From contig OZ176050.1 of NCBI GenBank assembly GCA_964247055.1, forward strand, positions 4,526,001 to 4,590,000: a stretch of 64,000 bases of DNA. Direction: 5' to 3'. The notes beneath the pieces were generated by a model. The model had not been told where the DNA came from. It saw only the letters and a program-made list of their open reading frames with translations, and searched no databases. This DNA comes from Paragordius varius. Lineage: Eukaryota > Animalia > Nematomorpha. Positions 52,512 through 64,000 of this stretch are shown here, one piece after another; the stretch's first letter is position 1, and each line of letters opens with the position of its first letter. The position numbers were made by a program, and so were the translations under genes.

Positions 52512-55500
52512 TTAAAGCAAAGTGTGTCCTGTCATATCAGCGGGTTTTTCAATTCCCATCAAATCTAAAACAGTGGGTGCAACATCACACAAAGCCGGGA
52601 GCTTTTTAACATCACTATCATGACTGAAATCTTGGCGTTCATGAGTCAAATTTTTGGCATCAAATTTTCGCGGACCAGTCATATAAAATGGAACTATTAC
52701 AAAGTAATATAATATTTACAAATAATTAACCATATCCATCCTTTCAATATTTGTTTTATAGTTTGAAAAAACCAATTTTTGATAAGAAAATTTTTAAATA
52801 ATAATATTTCAAATATAATTAACTGCTTATAGTATTGTCATATGAATTTAAAAAATAGACAAACATAATATGATAATCTGAAAAATGTGTTGCTTGTTGT
52901 TGACATTTTAATCATTAAATATTAATTAGTGTCATTATTTTTTTCATTTCATCTTATTTATATTTAGACATTTAGTTATAATACTCCACCTATATATTCG
53001 AATTAAGTTATATACCTGGATTACAGGTGTGTTGGGTAAAAGGACCACCCGATTTACTTAACATTTCTTCCGCATTCCCGTGATCGGCTGTCACCAATAA
53101 GGTGTAACCATTTTCATCACAAGCCTTTTCTACCATACCAATGGCTTTATCTACACAAATATTTTACATTTTATGAGAAAAGCATTCGTAATATTTTTTT
53201 CCTTAAACAAAAAAATTGTTTTAAAGTTTATTATATTTTTTAAATTATGATCTATATAGGGCCATACTTTGCAATAAGTTAAAAAATGCTTTGAGAAAAC
53301 TGTAATTTTTATTAGCCCCAAGCAATAAGTTTAATAATGTATTGATTATTTTCTATTTAAAGTAACGCGGATATTAATAATATAATAGCGTGTGAAACAA
53401 ATATAATTTACCTGAACACCAAAATTAACAAATAACAATGATTTCTATAGCCCAATTAATAAATAAGGCGTTAAACAAAAATATGAAATCAAAGATATTT
53501 AAAAAAACACGTGAAATTATATGAATTAATACCTGTGGCTTCACACGCAATAACGGCAGCATCATAGACCCCAGTGTGGCCAACCATATCTGGTGGGGCA
53601 AAATTGCACATAACAAAAGGGTACTTTTTGCTTTTGATCGCTTCACACATCTTATAAGAAATTTTTTTAAAAAATAATAAAAATATATAATTCTATTGTT
53701 TTGGAAAATCCAAACAATGATCATACAAAAAGCATCGATAGCATATATACCCACGTTATATGAACAAAGTGAAAATCACTTTTTTATTTAAATATAATGG
53801 TGTGATATATCGTTATATAGATTGGGTTTGATAAGGATGAAAATATCAGTCTATTTTTTGAATATATTTCATGTGGCATAGAATAAAATAGCATTAAACT
53901 TTATCTTAATGTAAAAAAGTTGGTTAATTAATAAATAACTTTAATATTTTTAATCCTTAATAATGTTATTAACATTATAGAAAGCAAATTTTATGAGTCA
54001 ATTGCGTTTTATTTAGGTGCAATAAATATTGGTAAAACGCTTAACTCAGTTATGCCTAAAATGATAACTCTGTATTTATAAGCCGTCACACCAGTTATTA
54101 TACTTATTGACGGATGAAAAATCTAACCTTACTATTCAAGTTTTATATCACAATATCAGATTATCAATAAATTCCCTTTATTCCTTACTATTGTAATGTA
54201 ATTAACAAATTATATGAGTATAGAATAAAATAAGTAAATTTTTTGTTTCAAAATTATTACAGCTTCGGCAACACCCATACAACTCATTTCGGGCTGTTTG
54301 TCATACGTGGGCACTTTGGGTGAAGGGATCATTTTACGATCCTCGTGAGGGAATTGATCCTCCCTTCCGCCATTAAAGAAAAACGTGACATGTGCATATT
54401 TTTCAGTTTCTATCACAAAAATCATAAAAGTAATGTTGTCATTTTAATTTCAAGTGCAAAATTAGCTTAAAATATTTAATATATCGAACTATAAATTAAA
54501 TAATAGATTCTAAAGCTAACGTAAAATATTTAAAATATATAAATAAATTTATTAAAATTAATAATGTACCAGCGCAATGAAATTGATTCTTGTTTTTAAC
54601 GCTTAACCATTCTGCCAACACATTTTTATTAAAGACGGGGGGAAACAGTACAGGTAACTTAAATTCCTTCTTGTATTCAGTCATACAATAAACTCCCTAT
54701 GATTTAATTTGTAGTGGTATTAAGCACAAAATTTGACAATATTTAGTAAAAAAAAAGAATAATCGATTAAAATAAAGATTTTGTCAAAAATAATCTATGG
54801 GTAAAGAAAAAAGATGGGGTATCAAACAAAATTAAACTCTACCATTTGCACTTCAAGAGTACCCTTGAACACTTCAAGTTGGTCCTTAAACATTTCAAGT
54901 TGGTCCTTAAACACTTCAAATTGGTCCTTGAACATTTCAATTGGTTCTTAAAATTTTTCGTTTTAAACAAAATTTTTGGATTTATTTTTTTATTTTATTA
55001 TTTTTTAACCTAATTTTCTATATTTATTAACTAGTTTTTTGTTTCAAACTATTTTTTTCCAATTTAACAAAATTATTAACTTTTAAATGTTTCCAATGAA
55101 AAATTGTGTATACAAGAAAAATTATATATTTTTATTATGTGTTATAATTTTATAAATATCCAAAATAATTTTAAGAAAGTAATAAAGATATTCGGTTTCT
55201 AAATGATTAAAAGTTGATATTAATTTATGTTAAATAATAGAAAATAGGTTAAAAACGATAAAATATATGAATGATATATGATTGATTGATAAAAGTTAAA
55301 AATAAATTAAAAAAGTCAAAGGACCAATTTAAAATGTTCAAGGTCACTCTTGAAGTGCAAATGGTATATATAAATTTTTAAATGTTTAAATACCTCCTTA
55401 AAGTCATTTTCATTAAAAAACAATGCGATAAAAATTAAAAACTAACCAATTTTTGCGGGATAACTTCAGTTGAAAATTGAGGTTTAAGTCCCAAACATTC

Positions 55501-57542
55501 CACAATTTCTCGCATACGATCGGCTCGGTAGTTGAAAAACATAACGGTATCATTATCTATAATTATATCACATAAACATAAATTTCAGGTAAAAAATAAC
55601 GGTTAATTAAAATATACCGGTAATTCGATTATTTCCAGATTTATCTTCAATAATTAGCGGCTGCAAAAACTCGTCCGTTTGTTTCTTATCACCCTCTTGA
55701 TTGTACAGAGATTCCATTTTCTAGGTTTAAAAAACCATATAATTTAAAAGCCAAATTAAAACATTTTTTAACGCTAAATGCTATTTTATAAAAAAAAGCA
55801 ATATATTACGCATTTTTAATAATTAGTCTAATTTATACGTTTTTAAGATTTTTACATATATATATATATATATATAAACCAGGCATATTTTTTCAGGTAT
55901 GTTTCATATATGATTGTCAGAGTTCAATTAAAACATTATCCTTATATTTACTAAAAAATTATATAAATTGTCCATATTTTGTTCAAAAAAATAAAAAAAA
56001 TTAAAAGAAACGCTATAAACAAATAAATATTTTTACCGAAAGAACATCCTTGAATTCAATTTTTGTCCCCTTGCCTTGTGTAAAAGCTTCATAAGCTATC
56101 TTAACACGTTCCCAACGCTTATCACGATCCATTGCAAAATAACGACCAACGATAGTTGCTAAATGACCATATTTTAGCTTTTGGCTCATGTAATCATCCA
56201 ATTGTCCAATATATTTCACTAAAATAGGTATATAGTTAAAAGATAATTAATTTATATGAATAAGAAAAGCGCTTAATTTTTCATATAAAATATAGAGTTT
56301 TTTGTCAAATTTGATAACAATTAAGCTATTATTATTAATCGTCACTATTCTATCGACTTTAATAACCAGATCCTTATTTAACTTTATACAAACGAGTAAA
56401 TCAACGATTAGTATCCATAATAACTTTACATCAAAATAATTGGACCTAATATATAAAAAGGACAAATAAATTAATATTTTTAAATATTATATGATAATGA
56501 AAGATTTTGTCAATATTTAACAGTTTTATGAAATGGATAATTAAAATGCCACCACATGAGTTGGTTTAATAAAATATAATATGCATATCATAGAAAACTT
56601 TATTCTATATAAAACAATAGTGGGATCATAAAATTACCAATTTATTATCAGTATTATTATGTTGACATATTTGTTATTTATTAATTATAACTATAAAGAA
56701 TTTAACCGTCGGTCCGGTTATTATATTTTAAAGTTCAAAAACTCAACTCTAATCTTTCTAAATATAATTTCTTGTTTAATTTCCAGGAATTCTTAGGTTA
56801 TGCAGCAGCTTTTCAATAAGATGACTAGAGAAAAATAACGGAAAAAAGTAATTTACCAGCACTTGTGGGGAGTGTATCTCGACCATCTGTTATAGCATGA
56901 ACATAGGTGTGGGGCACTCCATGCTTTTTGGCCCCTTCCAAAAGGGCATACAAGTGATCTATGTGAGAATGGACTCCACCATCACTAACCTAGATATTTA
57001 ATATATTTTAAATTTAAATATAAAATGTAAAGCTGTAAACAAAGTAAAATTTACACTTGGCTAATAATTGAAATATTAGAATAGTTTACAAGGGTATGCA
57101 ATGATGTTAAGTCTTAAATAAAATATAATATATAAAATCTCAATACATACCAATCCAATAAAATGTAGTTTTCCAGTACCATTTTTGGCACGGTCACAAA
57201 GTTCCACAAATTTTTCAATGTTAAACAAACTTTTATCTTCAATAGACATATTGATACGGACAATGTCCTGTAAAATATATAAAAAATTTACTTGATAAAT
57301 GACTCTACCAGCACCAATATTTAGATGTCCAACTTCACTATTACCCATTAAGCCTTTCGGTAGACCAACAGCTAAACCATGAGCGCAAAGTTTGAGAGCT
57401 TGTCCTTCTCTCTGACTTAATTTATCCATTACTGGTGTATTTGCATTTGCAATTGCATTACCTACTAATTAATATAAAGCAAACCTTCTTTTTTATCCAA
57501 CAAACCCCATCCATCGATAACTATCAAGCAAACGTTGGCCAT
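52512..57542 (-). CDS. gpmI: 2,3-bisphosphoglycerate-independent phosphoglycerate mutase (iPGM), 527 aa, 12 exons
   Basis: Exons 57542-57485, 57461-57292, 57267-57151, 56989-56857, 56218-56037, 55720-55618, 55556-55447, 54696-54570, 54409-54261, 53650-53533, 53150-53016, 52693-52512 total 1584 nt in one frame. Motifs [70 protein letters not shown] and [11 protein letters not shown] are present. Confidence 0.98.
54840..55366. mobile_element. Foldback MITE family C in iPGM intron 7
   Basis: TACCATTTGCACTTCAAGAGT / ACTCTTGAAGTGCAAATGGTA; 21-bp TTGAACACTTCAAGTTGGTCC-type units. Confidence 0.8.
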
Positions 57543-57611
57543 GTGACAAACGAATCAAGGATTTATGAATAACAAACAACTCACAGTTATTAGCATATGT
57601 TAAAAAAATTC

Positions 57612-60600
57612 ATAACACTTCATTACATTTTTTTTCTGTCTTAGTTTACATTTTCGGATAACTTTATATCCCAGAGTTTATTTTATAAATAAACTACAGT
57701 TATAAAAGTTAATTTAGTTAAAGATTAATCATCAAAACATTGTCAAATAGCAGATAAAGCTTTTATAAAGTTTTGTCAGTTCTGGTCTAAAATTAGGTCC
57801 AAAACACGGTTAAATCAAATAATTGATGATGATAAAATCATCACGTTTATGCGGGTAAATTTTCCTTAAAGCATTATAAAATTAATTATTTCCATTTTCA
57901 TAATAATATACGTTTATTTAACTGGATTTAAACAACTTCATTTCAGTCTTCGATTCAAAATGGGGTAGTTGGATACCCCAGGCCTGTTTAAGATTAAATA
58001 ATTCAAAAAAGGAATGAATTGAAGCCTTAGCAAAAATCTACACATTTATATTAATGAACCGGTATATATAAAAGATTTCATTCATAAATACTTGATATTA
58101 CTTATTTTTAGGTAAAACCTCAAGGTCAAAATTTAGTCAACATGACATGTGTGCATTAACTAAATTAAAAAATAACATAAAATAAACCACTTTTCTGTTT
58201 GTATCAATGTTACTAATCTAAATTATATGAAGACGAAATATCTAAATAAAATTTGGTTTTGAAAGAAAAGTTCCATATCAAACTACTTCGACGCCATTTT
58301 TATTTTTTTTTATTTAAATCACATCGGGACCGTTTCTTTCAGTTTTTTTTAAAAAATTAATTTAAATATACTCTGGGGTACTTGGAAACCCCAAGTTGAA
58401 TCGAAGTGTTAAAAAAACTTAAAGTAAGCCGCGAAAAAATTTATGATATTTTTTTTTCATATTTGTTTCATATTCCTAAAAAACTAAAGAAACAATATTT
58501 TTAAATTCAGTTTATTAATTCTATTTAAGATATTTAAATTTCTGACCCTGGGATTTAAAAATATCCCCTAAATGAATGAATTGCCACAGTATTGGATAAA
58601 GATATATAAATATTATAACATTTGGGTAGAATCAGGGTTTTAAGTTGGCGCATCGCTCATTAAAAAATGTTGTTTTAACTTGTTTAAATTGTTATCACTC
58701 TCGATTTGAATGAACAATTAACATACTTTTTATATGGACCAACATTTAACACTTGGATACAACAGATTCATTTTAGTCCTTCGGTTCAAATTGGGGTAGT
58801 TAAATACCCCAGGCCTGGTTAAAATAAAATTCTTTAAAAAATATGGAAGGAATCGAAACCATGGCGAAATTGTGCACTTATATAACATTATATATAAAAA
58901 AATTTATTTAAAAACACTTGATATAACTTATTTTTAGCTAAAACCGAGAGGTAGAAATTTCGTCAACGTGACATGTGTGGAATGGTAAAATTAAAAATAC
59001 TACGGAATAAACCGCTTTTTCTATTTCTATCAATGTTAGATGTAATTTAAATAAAAAAATAGCTTTAATTTCACCCTTAAAATTAAATGAAGACAATATT
59101 TTGCAAAAATTTCGTAAAATAAAAATGGCGTCGAAGTAGTTTGACATGGAACTTTTTTTTCAACACAAAATTTTATTTAGATATTTTGGCATATTTATAT
59201 AATTTTTATTAGGAGAGAAGCATAAATTTAAATTGGGACCGTTTCCTTCAGTAGTTTTATAAAAATCCTAACTCAAATTTAGTCTGGGGTATTTAGATAC
59301 CCAATCGAATCGAAGTGTTACATAAAAAACCAGAATGATAGAAATTTAAGCATCATCCGTTATGATGGAATTATAAAATCTTAAACGTTTCCCTCATTCT
59401 TCTAAATAATATGAACGATTTAACACAATTTTCCCATTAATTAAGATGCATAGCATTTCCATTTTTTGGGAAAACTTTTTTTTGATGACAATACATTAAG
59501 ATTTATCGCGCAATCTAGGAATTTTCGCGTTTATTTTAACACTTCTGATTTTTTCACTTTTATATGCTAGAGTAGATAAAAAATTAATTTTATATCCTAG
59601 AGCTTATTTTTGCAAACAAATTACTGTTTAAAAGGTATTTTAGTTTAAATTTAATTATCAAACATTATTCTCATGTATTAAAAAAACATATATTTTCTAA
59701 AGTTTTGTTTTTAAAATAGTACAGCTCCAAAACACAAAATTAAAATGCTGATATTTATCAAAATATATCAAATTTTTGCTCGTAAATTATCCTAAAAGCC
59801 TTTTAAAATTAATTATTTATATATTTAATCATTACATTTATTTACTTGCTGCATTTTTTGAAAAAATTTAGAAAATAAAATGGCCGCAAAGATGTTTGAG
59901 ATGAGGATTTTTTTTACAACATAATTCGCCTAAAAGGCTAAAGAAAGCATATTTCAAAATTCGGCTTAACATCTAAAATACTTTTTAAGATATTCAAACA
60001 AATCGCTCTGGGATATAGAAACCCTTAAACGCCATGGAGTGTTAACACTTTGATTCAAATTGGGGTACCTAGATTATATTTAAGTAGATTTTAAAAAACT
60101 ACAAAACTAAACGGTCCCAATTTAAATTTATGCTTCTATCTTAACACTTCGATTCAAATTGGGGTATTCAAATACCCCAGACTAAATTTAAATTAATTTT
60201 TTATATAGTGAAAGAAACGGTCCCAATTAAAATTTATGTTTCAATACTGATAAAAATTATATAAATAAACCAAAATATCTAAATAAAATTTAATTTTGAA
60301 AAAGTTCCATATCACACTACTTCGACGCCATTGTTATTTTATAAAATTTTTGCATATTTAATTTTAACACTTCGATTTAAATTAGGGTATCTAAATACCC
60401 CAGACTAAATTTAAATGAATATTTAAAAAAAATAGTGAAGGAAACGGTCCCAATTTAAATTTATGCTTCTATCCTGATAAAAATTATATAAATATGCCAA
60501 AATATCTTGATAAAAATTTGTTTTGGAAATTTTTTTTTATCTCAAACTACTTCGACGCCATTTTTATTTTACAAAATTTTTGCAAAATATCGTCTTCATT

Positions 60601-63168
60601 TGATTTTAAGGGTAAAACTAAGACTAATTTATTATATAAATTACATCTAACATTGATAGAAATAGAAAAAGCGGTTTATATTGTATTATTTTTTAATTTT
60701 ACAATTTGACACATGTCACGTTGACGAAAATTTTACCTTTGGGTTTTAGATTAAAATAAGTAATATCAAGTATATTTGAATAAAATTTTTTATATACTTC
60801 GGTTTATTAATGTTATATAAGTGTAAAATTTTGCCATGGTTTCGATTCCTTCCATACTTTTTAAAGTATTTGATTTTAAACAGGCCTGGGGTATCCACCT
60901 ACCCCAATTTGAATCGAAGGACTAAAATGAGTGTGTACAAGTGTTAAAGGTAAATTAAAGCTAATTTTTTTTAATAACATCTAACATTGATAGAAATAGA
61001 AAAGGTGGTTTATTTTGTTTCAATTTAGCCAATGCACACATGTTACGTTGACTAAATTTTTACCTTTGAGTTATCAAATAGGTAATATCAAGTATTTTGA
61101 ATAAATTTTTTATATATTTCGGTTTATTAATGTTATATAAGAGCACGATTTTGCCATGGTTCCGATTCCTTCATTTTTTAAAGTGTTTAATTTTAAACAG
61201 GCCTGAGGTATCGAACTACCCGAATTTTAATTGAGGGACTGAAATGAATATTTTGTCTCCAAGTGTTTATAAAAATCGTATAAAAAGCCAAAATATTTAA
61301 ATAAAATTTAGTTTTGAAAAAAAATTCCATATCAAACTACTTATACTCCATTTTATACAACATTTTTGCAAATCCTGTTTTTTTAATTTAAAAGTTAAAA
61401 TTAAAGCTAATTTTTTATAATCACATCAATTTCGGTGCAGTTTTATATCTCAGAGCTCTAATTTCTAAATAAATTGCAGTTGTGAAAGTCATTTTAATTA
61501 AAATTTGATCATCAAATATGATTCTCATGTATTGGATAAAAAAAGCTATGTTTTTTTATAATTTTGAGTTTGAAGTAGGAGAGCTCCAAAACACGAGGGA
61601 AAGCAGATAACATTAAAATCAAAATATAGCAAGTTTTAACTCGTAAAATGAGCCTGAAAACTTGTTAAAGTTAATTTATAACATTTTCTAACCATAATAC
61701 ACATTTATTTGCCTGTTGCATTAGCGATTTAAGTACAGATATAAAGACGGCAAATAAGTTTGAGATAAGAATTTTTTACAGTTGTACATATGATTCTTTA
61801 ATATAATGCAAAAGAGTAAAGACAGCATATTTTAAAATTCAGCATAATAGCTCGAATATTATTTAAAATATTCAAATTTCGAATTGCTCTGGGATATAGA
61901 ACTATCTCAAATACTAATAGAGTGATAAGATTTAGGTGTACTATGTTTGCTATTTAAAATCCTTTTTTCAGAATTTTAGTCGCATGATACAAAAATTTTT
62001 AAATGTAAAAAATCAACTCTAACTTTTTGGTCGCCAATTAACATTTTGAGTCAAATCGGGGTTTCCATATACCCCAGACAATATTTTAGTTGATATTTTT
62101 ATAAAACTACTGAAAGAAACGGTCCCAATTTAAATTTAAGCCTCTTATATAAACCAAAATATCTAAATTAAATTTAGTTTTAGAAAATCTGTATCACACT
62201 ACTTGAGGGCCATTTTTATTTTACAAATATTATGCAAAATATCGTGTTTATTTGGTTTTAAGCCTAAAATATAGTTTACTTTATTATTAAAATCACATTT
62301 AACACTTGGATACAACACATTCATTTTTGTCCTTCGATCCAAATTGAAGTAGTTAAATACCCCAGGCCCGTTAAAAATTAAATTCTTTATATATATGATG
62401 GGAATTGAAACCATGGCAAAATTTTGCACTTATACAACATTAATAAACCGAAATACATAAAATAGTTTTATTCAAAAATGCTTGATATTACATATTTTAA
62501 GCTAAAACCGAAAGGTAAAAATTTAGTCAACGTGACCTGTTTGCAAAAATAAAATCAAAAAATAATACATAAATCGCTTTTTCTACTTCTATCAATGTTA
62601 GATGTAATTTAAATAAAAAATCAGCTTTAATTTTAGGATTAAATATAGACTAAGATTTGCAAAAATTTTGTAAAATAAAAATGGCGTCGAAGTAGCTTGA
62701 CATGGAACTTTTTTTTCAAAACAAAAATATATTTAGATATTTTGACATATTTATATAATTTTTATTAGGATAGAAGCATAAATTTAAATTGAAACCGTTT
62801 CCTTCAGTAGTTTTTTTAAAAATCCCAACTCAAATTTAGTCTGGGGTATTAAGATACCCATTTGAATCGAAGTGTTAACATTGATATAAAAAGAAAAAGT
62901 GCATTTAATATTAATTTTAAATTTAGCTTATGCACGCATGTGATGTTGGCTAAATTTTTACCTTTGGGTTTTACCTCTGAATAAATAATATCAATTATTT
63001 TTGTAGGAATTTTTTTATATTTCGGTTTATTAACGTTATATAAGTGCAAACCTTTGCTGTTCTAATTTATCCCATATTTTTTGAAATATTTAATTTTTAT
63101 TAAACCCGGGGTCTCTAACTACCCAAATTTGAATCGAAGAGCTTAAATTAATGTGTTGTATCCAAGTG
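57612..63168. mobile_element. Dense nested cluster of piggyBac-like MITEs (families A and B)
   Basis: Family A: 57922-58408(-), 58750-59317(-), 60046-60140 and 60145-60363 (fragments), 60368-60943(+), 60950-61265 (right half), 62042-63168(+) interrupted by 62303-62874(-). Family B: ~57612-57800, 59540-60041, ~61425-61924. TTAA at intact junctions. Confidence 0.85.
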
Positions 63169-63241
63169 TTATTATAATATAATACCTAATAGAATGGTAA
63201 ATGTTTTTTTGGTTATATAAATAACCTTGGCAGGCATTCAA

Positions 63242-63768
63242 ATGACAATACCACCAAATATTGATATTTGGATTTGTCTGCTTTATCTTGTGGAGCTAAT
63301 TCCAAATTCGGGCAAAAGAAGTTAAGAAATTTTTTTTATTTTATTTATCTCATACAATAGAAGAGGGTTTGATAAATAATCAATACAAAACTTTTAAAAC
63401 AGTAGTTTCATCTTTGAGTAATACTACCCAAAATATCATCGCGCACATAAAAATAGTAAGGTTTAAAGTAAGACTAATAAAATTATTATTTTTAAATAAA
63501 TTTATAATAATATTTCCCCAAAAAAATTTTTAATACAGGTATTAATAAATAAAACATTTGTTTTACATTTTTACTTATCTGAGTTGTGTGCTCATATGAG
63601 TTGTGTAATAATTGCGGTATTTTTGATGTTATTAATCAACACGATGGATTATTCATATTAGACGTGGGTCTGCTACACCGTTTTCTTGATACACCTTACA
63701 TCTCGATTTTATTAAAAAGGTAAGTTTTTAATACTATAAATTTGGTACTTTATAGGTCTATTATTTCT
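63242..63768 (+). CDS. 5' exons of an unknown, possibly secreted Cys-containing protein; continues beyond the window
   Basis: Phase-consistent exons ~63242-63320, 63584-63719 and 63756-63768 give MTIPPNIDIWICLLYLVELIPNSGKRIVCSYELCNNCGIFDVINQHDGLFILDVGLLHRFLDTPYISILLKRSIIS; GTAAGT donors at 63720 and 63769. No family recognised. Confidence 0.45.
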
Positions 63769-64000
63769 GTAAGTTGAAAAATATTTTTTACCAATAGTAT
63801 AATCTAATTAACATTTTTAACAATTAATATTATTTAATCCTATTACTCTTGATTTGCTTGTATGATAAAGAACAATCTTTGAATATTATCCTTTTCACTA
63901 TATTAAAATTTATATATTGAAAATATTTTATTCAATCACTTTTACTGGTAAAACGAATTTAATGTCTCGTAATTGGTTTGCTAGTGAAAGTATAGACCTA

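Noticed and set aside
21139-56036. Idea that long introns are tiny introns extended at the 3' end
   Set aside because: Only 2 of 9 longer iPGM introns have an AG at 21-26 nt, compatible with chance in AT-rich DNA.
58938-63049. ORFs within MITE family A (e.g. 39645-39830, 58938-59147, 60494-60709, 62199-62429)
   Set aside because: Open in some copies and broken in others; no transposase motifs.

Overview
Strongly AT-rich, transposon-littered genomic DNA from an animal (inferred from a FUBI-S30 fusion, a DAAM formin, a clarin and a neuroglobin-type globin; taxon not determinable from the sequence alone). By manual splicing I reconstruct six recognisable spliced genes: FAU/RPS30 (+, 1486-2021, with an intronic box C/D snoRNA), NOP9 (+, ~9735-15951), a divergent DAAM-type formin (-, 16374-32168), a clarin-family tetraspan protein (+, 40048-41484), a 158-aa globin absent from the ORF track (-, 47647-50420) and a nematode-like cofactor-independent phosphoglycerate mutase (-, 52512-57542). 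The 5' part of an unknown gene begins at ~63242. All use the standard genetic code. The rest is non-autonomous DNA transposons (TTAA-targeting piggyBac-like MITEs, Buster-type hAT elements, Helitrons, foldback elements) and a tRNA-like SINE. Main result: six GT-AG introns are only 21-25 nt long, and all are the first or second coding intron of their gene. Every internal intron I measured is at least 61 nt, and many are TE-inflated to kilobases. Other highlights: a ~1.2-kb near-perfect hairpin forming almost all of globin intron 3, a formin without FH1 polyproline or DAD, and piggyBac-like MITEs just upstream of four start codons. Coordinates were counted by hand; some NOP9 and formin exon boundaries are approximate.
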